A stretch of 64,000 bases of DNA. It comes from Stenotrophomonas maltophilia. Lineage in GTDB: Bacteria > Pseudomonadota > Gammaproteobacteria > Xanthomonadales > Xanthomonadaceae. Positions 1 to 9,655 of this stretch are shown here, piece by piece. Both the position numbers and the translations under genes were made by a program. The stretch is from the NCBI GenBank assembly GCA_002363385.1, contig DEVL01000004.1, positions 155,630-219,629 on the forward strand, written 5' to 3'. The number at the start of each line of letters is the position of its first letter. The stretch's first letter is position 1. The notes beneath the pieces were generated by a model. The model was given only the letters and a program-made list of their open reading frames with translations, ran no database searches and was not told the DNA's origin.

Positions 1-128
1 AGGTGAGAGCTTCAGCCTGGATGCGCAGCATCGGCATACCCGAGATGTGGGGAAGCGCGACATTTTACCCTGATTCGGGCGTCTTTGGCAGGGGGCGGAT
101 GCGACGCTGTGTCGCGCCGACGGCCGAG

Positions 129-255
129 GTAGAGCCGACCGTTGGTCGGCTGCCTCGTCGGCACCGCCTGAGCCCGGTAGAGCCGACCGTTGGTCGGCTG
201 CCTTTGGATGGACCTGCCACCGCGCCAAGAGCAGCCGACCAACGGTCGGCTCTAC
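129..255. repeat. Cluster of three SMAG-type REP palindromes. Direct copies lie at 129-151 and 177-199 and an inverted copy at 233-255.
   Basis: GTAGAGCCGACCGTTGGTCGGCT occurs twice, 48 nt apart. AGCCGACCAACGGTCGGCTCTAC follows in inverse orientation. Each copy is a GC-rich hairpin headed by GTAG. Confidence 0.85.
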
Positions 256-328
256 CAGGGGCGGCAGGTGTCGGCCGGCCCGAAATCGCGGCCACAGCGG
301 GCGCCGACGATGGGCCGGCGCAGACCGC

Positions 329-1210
329 TCAGAACGCTTCTGCCGCCTCGATGGTGTTCTGCATCAGGGTCGCCACGGTCATCGGCCCTACCCCGCCCGG
401 GACCGGGGTGATCCAGCTGGCGCGCTGGGCGGCGGCCTCGAAGCCGACGTCGCCGACCAGGCGGCCGTCATCCAGGCGGTTGATGCCCACATCGATCACC
501 ACGGCGCCCGGCTTGACCCATTCACCCGGCACGATGCCCGGCCGGCCGACGGCGACCACCAGGATGTCGGCGTTGCGCACCGACTGCTCCAGCACGTCCT
601 TGGGGGTGAACTTGTGGCAGCTGGTCACCGTGCAGCCGGCGATCAGCAGTTCCAGACCCATTGGGCGGCCCACATGGTTGCTGACGCCGACGATGGTGGC
701 GTTGCGACCGCGCACCGGCTGGTCGGTGTGGCCCAGCAGCGTCACGATGCCGCGCGGCGTGCACGGGCGCAGGCCAAACTCGCGCAGGGCCAGATGACCG
801 ACGTTTTCCGGGTGGAAGCCGTCCACGTCCTTGCGCGGGTCGATGCGGTGGATCAGGCGGTTGGCGTCCGGGATGCCCGGCAGCGGCAGCTGGACCAGGA
901 TGCCGTGGATCTTCGGATCGGCATTGAGCTGATCGATCAGGGTCAGCAGCTCGGCCTCGGTGGTGCCGGCCGGCAGATCGTAATCAAAGGCTTCGATACC
1001 CACTTTCTCGGCCGCGCGGCGCTTGTTGCGCACGTACACGGTCGAGGCCGGGTCGCCACCGACCAGCACCACGGCCAGGCCCGGACGGCTGCCACCGGCA
1101 GCCAGGCGGGCATCGACCCGGACCTTGAGGCTGTCCAGCAGGTCTTCGGCGATGCGGCGGCCGTCGAGAATGCGGGCGGAAGAAGCGGTGTCGGAAGTCG
1201 GTGAGCTCAT
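329..1210 (-). CDS. folD: Bifunctional methylenetetrahydrofolate dehydrogenase/cyclohydrolase FolD (293 aa)
   Basis: The translation from ATG at 1210 ([24 protein letters not shown]...) carries FolD hallmarks: [30 protein letters not shown] and [13 protein letters not shown]. The longer track ORF (to 1573) runs across a REP pair and into the next gene. Confidence 0.93.
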   Translation of the reverse strand: MSSPTSDTASSARILDGRRIAEDLLDSLKVRVDARLAAGGSRPGLAVVLVGGDPASTVYVRNKRRAAEKVGIEAFDYDLPAGTTEAELLTLIDQLNADPKIHGILVQLPLPGIPDANRLIHRIDPRKDVDGFHPENVGHLALREFGLRPCTPRGIVTLLGHTDQPVRGRNATIVGVSNHVGRPMGLELLIAGCTVTSCHKFTPKDVLEQSVRNADILVVAVGRPGIVPGEWVKPGAVVIDVGINRLDDGRLVGDVGFEAAAQRASWITPVPGGVGPMTVATLMQNTIEAAEAF

Positions 1211-1275
1211 CGAGGGCGGCAGGCGTGGGGGCGACGGTCGTCTATTGTCCCCGATTCGGCCCGCCCCGCCCACCG

Positions 1276-1351
1276 GTAGTGCCGGCCGCTGGCCGGCAGC
1301 CACGATCGCCCGGGCAGCGCCACCTGGGTGCCGGCCAGCGGCCGGCACTAC
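1276..1351. repeat. Inverted pair of SMAG-type REPs: GTAGTGCCGGCCGCTGGCCGGCA at 1276-1298 and GTGCCGGCCAGCGGCCGGCACTAC at 1328-1351
   Basis: Two GTAG/CTAC-terminated palindromes face each other in the 148-nt gap between the folD start and the stop of the KefB-like gene. Confidence 0.85.
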
Positions 1352-1358
1352 CGTAACC

Positions 1359-3185
1359 TCATTCCTCTTCGGGCACCTGGTCGGCGTTGAGCGTGCGCGC
1401 CTTGCGCTTGGGCGCGGTGAACGGCGTCGGCGTCGGCACGCCCGGCAGCGCGCTGCCGAACACCATGTGCGCACCGGCACGCAGGTCTCCGCCCGCCATC
1501 TCCAGCTCGAAGCGTTCGGCATCGCGTTCGCGGATCTGCTCGGCGATCTCGCGCGCATCGTCCGGATCGGCACCCAGCTCCATCAACGCGGCCTGGCCGA
1601 ACTGGAGGGCCGACTCAAAGGTCTCTCGAATCTGGAAATCGACGCCGGCATGGATCAGACGCAGCGAATGCTCGCGGTCGAACGAGCGCACCAGCAGCTT
1701 GGCCTGCGGAAACTCGTGAGTGACCAGCTCCACGATGCGATCGGCATCCTGGTCATTGTTGACGCACACCGCGATCGCCCGGGCCGACGCCGCACCCGAG
1801 GCATGCAGCACATCCAGGCGTGTGCCATCGCCGTAGTAGATCTTGAATCCGAAACGCTCGGCGTTGTGGATCATGTCCACGTCGTTGTCGATGATGGTCA
1901 CATCCACATCGCGCGCCAGCAGCGACTGACTCGCCACCTGGCCGAAGCGACCAAAGCCGATCAGCAGCACGCTGCCGGACAGACCGTCGGCTTCTTCGAC
2001 GCCATCGAGCGAGACTTCACGATCCGGCATCAGCTTGTCGTGCAGCAGTACGAACAGCGGGGTCAGCGCCATCGAGAGCACCACGATCGCGGTGAGGTTG
2101 GCGTTGACCTGCACATCGATCACGCCGGCCACCGCCGCAGCCGAAAACAGCACGAACGCGAATTCGCCGCCCTGCGCCATCACCACGCCGCGATCCAGTG
2201 CTTGGCGATGATCACTGCCGAGGATGCGCGCGACCACGTAGATGCAGATCGCCTTGGCAAACATCAGCGCGAACACACCGGAGACGATCAGCGGCCAGTT
2301 GTTGGCGACCACGGTGAGGTCCAGCGCCATGCCCACGCTCAGGAAGAACAGGCCGAGCAGAATGCCGCGGAACGGCTCGATATCCGCTTCGATCTGGTGG
2401 CGGAAGGTGGATTCGCTGAGCAGCACGCCCGCAAGGAACGCGCCCATCGCCATTGACAATCCGCCCAACTGCATCAGCAGCGCGGCGCCGAGCACGACCA
2501 GCAGCGCGGCGGCCGTCATCACTTCGCGGGCCTTGGCGGCGGCGAGGATGCGGAACAGCGGATTGAGCAGGAAGCGGCCGACCAGCACCAGCCCGACGAT
2601 CGCACCGGCGGCGATGCCCACCGTGACCCAGCGCGACGTCTCGCCGGCATCGCTGTGCACCGGCGCCATGAACGCCACCACCGCCAGCAGCGGCACGATC
2701 AGCAGATCTTCGAACAGCAGGATCGAGACGATCTTCTGGCCGGTCGGCAGCGCGATGTCGCCTCGCTCGGCCAGCAACTGCATCACCACCGCGGTGGAGG
2801 TCAGCACGAACCCGGCGGCGCCGATGAAGGCGACCGGCAACGGGAAGCCAAGCAGCATGCACACGCCAGTGAGCACCGTGCCGCAGACCACGATCTGCAG
2901 CGTGCCCAGACCGAAGATCTCGTTGCGCAGGCTCCACAGATGCGAGGGCCGCATCTCCAGGCCGATCACGAACAGGAACATCACCACGCCGAGCTCGGCG
3001 GTATGCAGGATGGCCTGCGGATCGGAGAACCAACCGAACCCGAACGGGCCGATGGCCAGGCCCGCGGCGAAATAGCCCAGCACCGAGCCCAACCCGAGCC
3101 GGCGGAACAGCGGCACCATGACCACTGCCGCACCCAGCAGGGCGACCACTTTCACCAATTCACTGGCACCTGCTTCCACCGCCAT
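1359..3185 (-). CDS. CPA2-family monovalent cation:proton antiporter, KefB/KefC-like K+ efflux protein with a C-terminal TrkA-N (RCK) domain (608 aa)
   Basis: A multi-TM N-terminal half ([31 protein letters not shown]) is followed by a Rossmann-like segment ([11 protein letters not shown]...). Confidence 0.8.
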   Translation of the reverse strand: MAVEAGASELVKVVALLGAAVVMVPLFRRLGLGSVLGYFAAGLAIGPFGFGWFSDPQAILHTAELGVVMFLFVIGLEMRPSHLWSLRNEIFGLGTLQIVVCGTVLTGVCMLLGFPLPVAFIGAAGFVLTSTAVVMQLLAERGDIALPTGQKIVSILLFEDLLIVPLLAVVAFMAPVHSDAGETSRWVTVGIAAGAIVGLVLVGRFLLNPLFRILAAAKAREVMTAAALLVVLGAALLMQLGGLSMAMGAFLAGVLLSESTFRHQIEADIEPFRGILLGLFFLSVGMALDLTVVANNWPLIVSGVFALMFAKAICIYVVARILGSDHRQALDRGVVMAQGGEFAFVLFSAAAVAGVIDVQVNANLTAIVVLSMALTPLFVLLHDKLMPDREVSLDGVEEADGLSGSVLLIGFGRFGQVASQSLLARDVDVTIIDNDVDMIHNAERFGFKIYYGDGTRLDVLHASGAASARAIAVCVNNDQDADRIVELVTHEFPQAKLLVRSFDREHSLRLIHAGVDFQIRETFESALQFGQAALMELGADPDDAREIAEQIRERDAERFELEMAGGDLRAGAHMVFGSALPGVPTPTPFTAPKRKARTLNADQVPEEE

Positions 3186-3337
3186 GCGGTTGCTTCCCCG
3201 GACTACAAAAGATGCGTCAACGATAGGGCAAAGCGTTGAAGGGCAGTAGCGCGGATGATGCGTTTTATCGTGCTGAATTCAGAACGATATTCCACCTTGA
3301 TGTCAGATCGTCCTGAAATCGCGACCGAACTCGGCGC

Positions 3338-3457
3338 TAGAGCCACGCCATGCGTGGCTGCCCTCACCCGGCCCCCTCGCCAACCGCATCCACGCATGGC
3401 GTGGATCTGCATTGCCTCACGGACAAATCGCGCATCCCACGCATGTGGTGGATCTAC
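3338..3457. repeat. Three copies of a second REP family with an ATCCACGC..GCGTGGAT core, at 3338-3359, 3388-3410 and 3434-3457
   Basis: The three copies read CTAGAGCCACGCCATGCGTGGCT, ATCCACGCATGGCGTGGATCTGC and ATCCCACGCATGTGGTGGATCTAC. The last is GTAGATCCACC..GTGGGAT on the minus strand. All lie in the 281-nt gap between the KefB-like start and the moeB stop. Confidence 0.75.
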
Positions 3458-3466
3458 GCCTACCTC

Positions 3467-4603
3467 TCAGGCGCTGCAGAACGCGGCGTAATCGATGTAC
3501 CCGGGGAACTCGCGCCCGGGGGCACAGAGCGGGCAGACCGGATCCGGACGCAGCCGCGTCTCGCGGAAGCGCATGCTCAGCGCATCGAAGGTCAGCAGGC
3601 GACCGATCAGTGGCTCGCCGATGCCGAGCAGGAGCTTGAGCACTTCGGTGGCCTGCAGCAGGCCGACCATGCCCGGCAACACGCCGAGCACCCCTGCCTC
3701 CGAGCAGTTGGGGGCGAACTCGGGCGGCGGCGGCTCGGGGAAGAGGCAGCGGTAGCACGGCGCGGTACCGCGCTGGCGGCCGGCATCGAACACGCTGACC
3801 TGGCCGGTGAAGCGCTCCACCGCGCCATACACCAGCGGAATGCCATGCTGCAGGCAGGCATCGTTGAGCAGGTAACGCAGCGGGAAGTTGTCCGAGCCAT
3901 CCAAAACAACATCAACACCTTCGAGCAGTGCATCGATGTTGTCCGAGGTGACCCGCGCCTGCACCGCCTCCACGTCCAGCGATGGATTGAGCGCGAGCAG
4001 GCGTGCGCGTGCCGAGAGCACCTTGGGCTCGCCGACGCTGGCATCGGTATGGATGATCTGCCGATGCAGGTTGCTGCGGTCGACCACATCATCATCGGCG
4101 ATGCGCAGGTGCCCTACCCCGGCCGCGGCCAGGTAGAAGCTGGCCGGTGCGCCCAGGCCGCCAGCGCCGAGCACCAGCACGCGTGAGGCGAGCAGCGTCT
4201 TCTGGCCGTCGATACCGACCTGCGGCAGCAGCAGATGACGTGAGTACCGCTCGTTGAAGTCACGCTCGGCGTCGCTCTGCATCGGCTGCACCAGGGCCAG
4301 GCCGTCAGCGCGCCACGCGGTGGTGCCCCCGTGCACGGACGCAATATTCGTGTAGCCCAGGTCAGACAGGAAAACGGCGGCTTCCATCGAACGCCTGCCG
4401 CTCTGGCAGATCAGGACGACCTCGCGATCAGTGGCTGGCAGGTAGGTGCTTGGCTCGGCGTGGAGATCGCCCTTGGCGATGCCGAGCGCACCTTCAGCCA
4501 TGCCGGTGGCACGCTCATGCGCCTCGCGGACGTCGATCAGCAGTGCGCCATGGGCGAGGCGTTCCCGGGCCTGCGCCGGGGTGAGTTCGTGGATCGTGCT
4601 CAT
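3467..4603 (-). CDS. moeB: Rhodanese-domain / ThiF-MoeB-type adenylyltransferase-sulfurtransferase fusion (378 aa)
   Basis: The N-terminal rhodanese domain has an active-site loop CQSGRRS. The C-terminal E1-like domain has LVLGAGGLGAP, DDDVVDRSNLHRQ and the zinc-site pairs CYRC and CPLC. The start is taken at ATG 4603, downstream of the der terminator. Confidence 0.8.
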   Translation of the reverse strand: MSTIHELTPAQARERLAHGALLIDVREAHERATGMAEGALGIAKGDLHAEPSTYLPATDREVVLICQSGRRSMEAAVFLSDLGYTNIASVHGGTTAWRADGLALVQPMQSDAERDFNERYSRHLLLPQVGIDGQKTLLASRVLVLGAGGLGAPASFYLAAAGVGHLRIADDDVVDRSNLHRQIIHTDASVGEPKVLSARARLLALNPSLDVEAVQARVTSDNIDALLEGVDVVLDGSDNFPLRYLLNDACLQHGIPLVYGAVERFTGQVSVFDAGRQRGTAPCYRCLFPEPPPPEFAPNCSEAGVLGVLPGMVGLLQATEVLKLLLGIGEPLIGRLLTFDALSMRFRETRLRPDPVCPLCAPGREFPGYIDYAAFCSA

Positions 4604-4645
4604 GCGGAGGATTATCGCGCACGGGGGCGTCGGCAGCGCCAATGA

Positions 4646-4671
4646 AAAGAGCCGGCTTGCGCCGGCTCTTT
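4646..4671 (-). terminator. Rho-independent terminator downstream of der
   Basis: AAAGAGCCGGC-ttgc-GCCGGCTCTTT is a perfect hairpin. On the minus strand it is followed by TTTTC. Confidence 0.7.
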
Positions 4672-4677
4672 GTTGGG

Positions 4678-6069
4678 TCACTTGCCCTTGACGTGCTTGA
4701 TCAAGCGGCGCTTGCGCTTGAGCTGACGTTCGGTGAGCACGTTCTTCTTGCCTTCGTAGGGATTCACACCCTCGCGGAAGATGAACTGCACGGGCGTGCC
4801 GACCAGCTTGAAGCGCTTGCGGAAGAAGTTCTCCAGGTAGCGCTTGTACGACTCCGGCAGGTCTTTCAGACGGGTGCCGTGGACGATGAAGGTCGGCGGG
4901 TTGGAACCGCCCGGATGCACGTAACGCAGCTTGGACACGTGACCACGGATCGCCGGCGGCGGGTTGGTCTCGTACGCCGTTTCCAGCGCCTTGTTGACTT
5001 CGCTGGTGCTGAACTCGTGCGTCGCCGAGGCATGCGCGGCGTGGATGCAGCGGAACAGCTCACGCAGGCCGGAGCCGTGCTTGGCCGAGATGCGCACCAC
5101 TTCCGCCCACGGCACGAAGCCGAGCTTGCGCGACACCAGGGCTTCAGCCTGCTCGCGCTGGTAATCGGTCAGGCCATCCCACTTGTTGATCGCCACCACC
5201 AACGCACGGCCGGCATCGAGCACCGCGCCGAGCACGCTGGCATCCTGATCGGTGACACCTTCCGAGGCATCGAGCATCAGCACCGCAACCTGGCACTGCT
5301 CGATGGCCTGCAGGGTCTTGATGACGCTGAACTTCTCGACCACTTCCTCGACGCGCGCCTTGCGACGCAGGCCGGCGGTATCGATCAGGCGGTACTCACG
5401 CCCGTCGCGCTCCATGTCCACCGCGATCGAATCGCGGGTGGTACCGGGCACTTCGGAGGCGATCATGCGCTCTTCGCCGAGCAGACGATTGACCAGCGTC
5501 GACTTGCCCACGTTGGGGCGGCCGACGAAGGCGATGCGAATGCGGTTCGGGTCGGTGTCCAAGGTCTCGGTGGTGCCCTCTTCCGGCAACCGTTCCACGA
5601 CCTCGTCCAGCAGATCATCCAGGCCCTGACGGTGCGCGGCCGAGACGGTCAGCATTTCGCCGAAGCCGTAACGGGCAAATTCCGAACGCACGGTGTCTTC
5701 GTTCATGCCGTCGATCTTGTTGATCAACAGCAGGGTCGGACGGGCCAGCTTGCGCAGCCAGGACAGGATCTCGTCGTCCATCGGGCCCTCACGGGCATCG
5801 ACCACGAACAGGATCAGATCCGCTTCCGCGGCGGCAGCACGGGCCTGGCGGGCGGTAGCGCCGGCCAGACCTTCTTCTTCACCGGCGATACCACCGGTAT
5901 CGACCACCAGGAACGGGTGGTCTTCATCAAGACGACAAACACCGTAATTACGGTCCCGGGTCACGCCGGGCTGGTCATGGACCAGCGCGTCGCGCGTACG
6001 GGTAAACGCATTGAACAGCGTGGACTTGCCGACATTCGGCCGTCCAACCAGGGCGACCAAGGGCAGCAT
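4678..6069 (-). CDS. der: Ribosome-associated GTPase Der/EngA with two GTPase domains (463 aa)
   Basis: Two G1 motifs are present ([12 protein letters not shown] and [12 protein letters not shown]), with a KH-like C-terminus. The gene lies in the conserved position next to bamB. Confidence 0.95.
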   Translation of the reverse strand: MLPLVALVGRPNVGKSTLFNAFTRTRDALVHDQPGVTRDRNYGVCRLDEDHPFLVVDTGGIAGEEEGLAGATARQARAAAAEADLILFVVDAREGPMDDEILSWLRKLARPTLLLINKIDGMNEDTVRSEFARYGFGEMLTVSAAHRQGLDDLLDEVVERLPEEGTTETLDTDPNRIRIAFVGRPNVGKSTLVNRLLGEERMIASEVPGTTRDSIAVDMERDGREYRLIDTAGLRRKARVEEVVEKFSVIKTLQAIEQCQVAVLMLDASEGVTDQDASVLGAVLDAGRALVVAINKWDGLTDYQREQAEALVSRKLGFVPWAEVVRISAKHGSGLRELFRCIHAAHASATHEFSTSEVNKALETAYETNPPPAIRGHVSKLRYVHPGGSNPPTFIVHGTRLKDLPESYKRYLENFFRKRFKLVGTPVQFIFREGVNPYEGKKNVLTERQLKRKRRLIKHVKGK

Positions 6070-6081
6070 CGCGGTAACTCC

Positions 6082-7290
6082 TTATTGTGCCAACCGGAAT
6101 GCGGTCAGCTTTCCATCAACGTTCTGCACCAGCAGAATCCCATCGGCGACCACCGGCTGTGCCAGGAGGGCGTCGCCGCCACTCTTGGCGCGCGCCGCGA
6201 ACTCACCGTTATCGGTCCGCAACCAGTGCAGATACCCCTTGTAATCACCGACCACAACGTAATCGCCGTGGATGACCGGACCGGTCAGCGAACGACGGGC
6301 CAGACCCGTCTGCGACCACATGGCCGAACCGCTGGTCTTGTCCAGGCCGAACACGCCGCCCTTGTTGTCGGTGACGAACACATTGCTCGAGGTCAGGGCC
6401 ACGCCACCGGCGCCACCATGATCACGCGCCCACAGCGGACGGCCGGTCGGGCCTTCGATCGCCATGGTCTGGTTCTTGAAACTGCTGACGTACAGCGTAT
6501 TGCCTTCCAGCACCGGGGCGCCGTCGATGTCGGCCATGCGCTCCAGCTCGGTGCGGCCTTCGCCGGTACCGACCATCTGGTCCCACAGCGTGCGGCCGTC
6601 CTGCATGGCCAGCGCGGCGATCGAGCCATCATCGTTGCCGATGAACAGCACGCCCGGGCCGGTCACGACCGGGGCATTGCCACGCACGGTGAGTGCCGGC
6701 AGCTCGCGCGGGTTGAACCAGCGCTGGGTGCCGTTCTCGACATCCAGACCGGTCACGCGACCGTCGTTGCTGCGCACGAACACCATGCCCTGGCCAACGG
6801 CCGGGGCGGAAATCACTTCACCCGGCACCTTGGCGCGCCACTTTTCGGTGCCGTCCGCCGCGTTCAGGGCGATGACCTGACCGTCCAGCGTGCCGATGAC
6901 GACCAGGCCTTCACCCACGCCCGGGCCACCGGACAAGCGCAGCTTGGGCTTCTTCTTTTCCTTGGCCGGCTCGTAGGTCCAGACCTTCTTGCCGGTCTGC
7001 AGGTCGATGGCGTGCACGCCACCGTAGATGGCGGCGGCATAGACGCGACCATCGGCGACCACCGGGCCCTGACGGACGCCGATGCGCTTTTCGCCCTTGC
7101 CCACGTTGGCCGACCAGATCCGGTCCACCTTGGTGGTGGCATCGAACTTGACCAGTTCGGCCGGTTCCAGCGCCTTCTTGGCCGCGGCATCTTTGCCGGC
7201 GAACCAGCCCTTCATCGTGCTGCAGCCGGTCAGGGCCATGCCCAACAGGGCAACCGTGGCAACGCGCTTGATCATGACCATCTGATTCAT
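6082..7290 (-). CDS. bamB: Outer membrane protein assembly factor BamB, a PQQ-like beta-propeller lipoprotein (402 aa)
   Basis: A lipobox is present (LALTGC|S), with repeated propeller blades. Synteny is yfgM-bamB-der. The start ATG overlaps the yfgM stop by 1 nt (TAATG). Confidence 0.88.
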   Translation of the reverse strand: MNQMVMIKRVATVALLGMALTGCSTMKGWFAGKDAAAKKALEPAELVKFDATTKVDRIWSANVGKGEKRIGVRQGPVVADGRVYAAAIYGGVHAIDLQTGKKVWTYEPAKEKKKPKLRLSGGPGVGEGLVVIGTLDGQVIALNAADGTEKWRAKVPGEVISAPAVGQGMVFVRSNDGRVTGLDVENGTQRWFNPRELPALTVRGNAPVVTGPGVLFIGNDDGSIAALAMQDGRTLWDQMVGTGEGRTELERMADIDGAPVLEGNTLYVSSFKNQTMAIEGPTGRPLWARDHGGAGGVALTSSNVFVTDNKGGVFGLDKTSGSAMWSQTGLARRSLTGPVIHGDYVVVGDYKGYLHWLRTDNGEFAARAKSGGDALLAQPVVADGILLVQNVDGKLTAFRLAQ

Positions 7291-7928
7291 TACACCGACT
7301 CCGCAGGATCGGTGACGGTGCCACCGGCATCCGTCAACTTGGTTTCCAGCAGGCGCCGCTGGGGCGCTGCCACGTCCAGCGTCTTGAGCGCCTTCTCATA
7401 CTGTTCGCGGGCCGCGTCACGCTTGCCCTGCGCCATCAGCGCATCGCCATGGATTTCCAGGCTGGTGCTGTCGGTTGCGGTGCCGAGCTGCTTGATCGCA
7501 TCCTCGGTCTTGCCGGTGGCCACCAGAAGGCGCGCGACGCGCTGCTCGATCACCGGCTTGAATTCAGGGTCGGCCTTGATCGCGCGCAGGGTCGCCAGCG
7601 CGTCGTCGTTCTTGCCGGCATCGACCTGGGCCTTGGCCAGCTGCAGCGCAGCCAGATCGGCATAGATGTTGGCCTTGCCGCTTTCGAGCGCCTTCACGCC
7701 CTTGGCCGCCTGCTCCAGATCCTTGTCTTCCAGGCTCTTGAGCACGACCTGGTACTGGACGTTGGCACCGGCCAGGCTGTTGCTGTGCCGGGTCTGCCAT
7801 TCCTTCCAGCCCCAGATGCCACCGATCGCGATGGCGACACCGGCCAGGATGCTGACACCGTTCTTCCGCAGCCAGCTGCGGACGCGTTCACTTTGTTCGT
7901 GCTCGTCGAGCAGGTCGTCGATCGCCAT
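7290..7928 (-). CDS. yfgM: YfgM-family membrane-anchored TPR protein, an ancillary SecYEG translocon subunit (212 aa)
   Basis: It has a single N-terminal TM segment (ILAGVAIAIGGIWGW) followed by an Ala-rich TPR-like periplasmic domain. It lies in the conserved position upstream of bamB. Confidence 0.7.
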   Translation of the reverse strand: MAIDDLLDEHEQSERVRSWLRKNGVSILAGVAIAIGGIWGWKEWQTRHSNSLAGANVQYQVVLKSLEDKDLEQAAKGVKALESGKANIYADLAALQLAKAQVDAGKNDDALATLRAIKADPEFKPVIEQRVARLLVATGKTEDAIKQLGTATDSTSLEIHGDALMAQGKRDAAREQYEKALKTLDVAAPQRRLLETKLTDAGGTVTDPAESV

Positions 7929-7987
7929 GCGTACTCTCGCCCCGCCCGTAAGGAGGAGCTATTTGAATTGGATTGGGGAAACGCAGC

Positions 7988-8851
7988 TCAGTGCGAAACT
8001 GGGGCCACGGAGCCGTCAGAGGATACCGTAAAGCGTGCCACGTTGGCTCGCTGGTACGGCGAAAGGTCGACGATAGTGCCGCCCTGCTGAACCTCGACCG
8101 CCGATGCATTGCCCAGCACCATGCGGGCCACCTGCCCCGGTGCGAAGCTGCGGGTCTCGCCCGACTTCAGCAACGCCTTTTCGACGGTCGTGCCATCGGG
8201 CGCGGTGATGTCGATCCAGCTGTCGCCATTGAACTGCAGAGTGAGACCGCCGCCCACGGCCACTGGCGCGGCAGCAGGACGCGGGACCGGCGTCAGCGAC
8301 GCCAGATACGGCGCGGACGGTGCCGAAGGCTTGGCGCTTTCGGCCGTCGCTGGCGCCGGGGCGGTTGGTGTGTCGCCACCGGCCACCGGTACCGCCGCCG
8401 GGATGACATCCAGCGACGCGGTATTGGGGGTGTTGGCCGTGCCATCGAAATGGCCGCGGGTCGCAAACCAGACCGGCACCGCCAGCACGGCGGTGATGCC
8501 GACATACAGCACGCGACGGCCCAGGCTTTCGGCGATGCGACGCGCGCGCGGCGTATGCGTATGGCTCACCAGCTGCGGCGGCACGATCGGACCGATGTGC
8601 GCCTGTTCGAGAACGTCGCCGATATCCACCTTCAGCAGGCGGGCGTAGCTTCGGAGCTGGCCGCGGACGAAGACCGGCGCGCCCAGGCGCTGCCATTGCT
8701 CTTCTTCCAGCGATTTGACTACCTGAACCGGCATGCGCAGCTGCTGCCCCACCGCTTCCAGGGTCAGGCCGGCCGCTTCACGGGCCTGGCGAAGACGGGC
8801 TCCGCAACCGGCCGCAGTATCAAAAGCGTTCACAGTCTGGTCATCAATCAC
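7988..8851 (-). CDS. rodZ: RodZ-like cytoskeleton protein with an N-terminal HTH domain and one TM segment (287 aa)
   Basis: An N-terminal XRE-type HTH (LRQAREAAGLTLEAVGQQLRM) is followed by a TM segment (LYVGITAVLAVPVWF), a Pro/Ala-rich linker and a C-terminal domain. It lies between pilW and yfgM. Confidence 0.72.
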   Translation of the reverse strand: MIDDQTVNAFDTAAGCGARLRQAREAAGLTLEAVGQQLRMPVQVVKSLEEEQWQRLGAPVFVRGQLRSYARLLKVDIGDVLEQAHIGPIVPPQLVSHTHTPRARRIAESLGRRVLYVGITAVLAVPVWFATRGHFDGTANTPNTASLDVIPAAVPVAGGDTPTAPAPATAESAKPSAPSAPYLASLTPVPRPAAAPVAVGGGLTLQFNGDSWIDITAPDGTTVEKALLKSGETRSFAPGQVARMVLGNASAVEVQQGGTIVDLSPYQRANVARFTVSSDGSVAPVSH

Positions 8852-8857
8852 AGTGCT

Positions 8858-9655
8858 TCAACCCCGGGGATTAGGTGCCGCATCCTGCGGAAATTCATCA
8901 TGAATTCGCTGCAGATAGCGACCGGATGCCACGTTGTCGCCAAGCCGCGCCTCGATTTGAGAGGCAAGTTGTAACACGGAACGTGTGGCCGGTGCAGCCG
9001 CCAGACGCCGTTGCGCAAAGGCGCGGGCCTCGAAATAGCGCCCTTGGGCGTACTCGCTGCGGGCCATCGACTCCAGTGCGTACGCATTGGCGGGATCTAT
9101 CTCAAGTGCTCGACGCAGGTCCGGCGTAGCCCGTTCGGACTGGCCCGCCTCCAGCGCGCAGCCGCCGGCATTGGCCAGTGCGGAGGCCGGCGTGGTGTAG
9201 CCCGGCGCCTGCAGGGCGCGATCAAACCAGACCAGCGACTCGGCCGGCCGGCCATGAGCACATAGCCAAGCACCATAATTATTGAGGACGTCACCCCGAT
9301 CCGGGGCCAGCTCGGCGGCCTTGGCATACAGCGGGCCGGCGCCGGCCTCATTGCCACGCTGCGTGGCAATGGCCGCCAGCATCATGTATGCCTCTGGACG
9401 TCGCGCGTCGATCTTCATCGCCGCGCGGACCCGCTTCTCGGCGGCATCCAGGGCGCCGGCGCGCATCGACTCGCCGGCCAGGACCATCTGGTCCTGGTAA
9501 TTCACACGCTTGCGGATCTCGGGGTTGTCACGGGCCTCATAGGTCGGTGCGACCTCGAGCGGAGCGGACGGCGGTTTGACACCTTGTTTGCCACAGCCGG
9601 CCAATGCCAGCGCGAAGAAAACAACGGCTGGCAATCGGCGATCAGGCAGCGGCAT
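8858..9655 (-). CDS. pilW: Type IV pilus biogenesis/stability TPR lipoprotein PilW (PilF of Pseudomonas) (265 aa)
   Basis: A lipobox is present (LALAGC|G), followed by TPR repeats. The rlmN-pilW-rodZ synteny matches Pseudomonas. Confidence 0.7.
   Translation of the reverse strand: MPLPDRRLPAVVFFALALAGCGKQGVKPPSAPLEVAPTYEARDNPEIRKRVNYQDQMVLAGESMRAGALDAAEKRVRAAMKIDARRPEAYMMLAAIATQRGNEAGAGPLYAKAAELAPDRGDVLNNYGAWLCAHGRPAESLVWFDRALQAPGYTTPASALANAGGCALEAGQSERATPDLRRALEIDPANAYALESMARSEYAQGRYFEARAFAQRRLAAAPATRSVLQLASQIEARLGDNVASGRYLQRIHDEFPQDAAPNPRG

Noticed and set aside
129-255. A possible CRISPR array, given two identical 23-mers spaced 48 nt apart
   Set aside because: There are only two direct copies plus one inverted copy. 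The units are themselves palindromic REPs found throughout the window. The intervening sequences partly repeat too, and no cas genes are present.
3-797. A 264-aa plus-strand ORF at the left edge of the window
   Set aside because: Its first third runs through three REP hairpins and the remainder is antisense to folD. No homology signal is apparent.
4642-7665. A 1007-aa plus-strand ORF spanning der, bamB and yfgM
   Set aside because: It is antisense to three well-supported genes. Its composition is typical of antisense frames in GC-rich DNA, and it crosses two gene boundaries.
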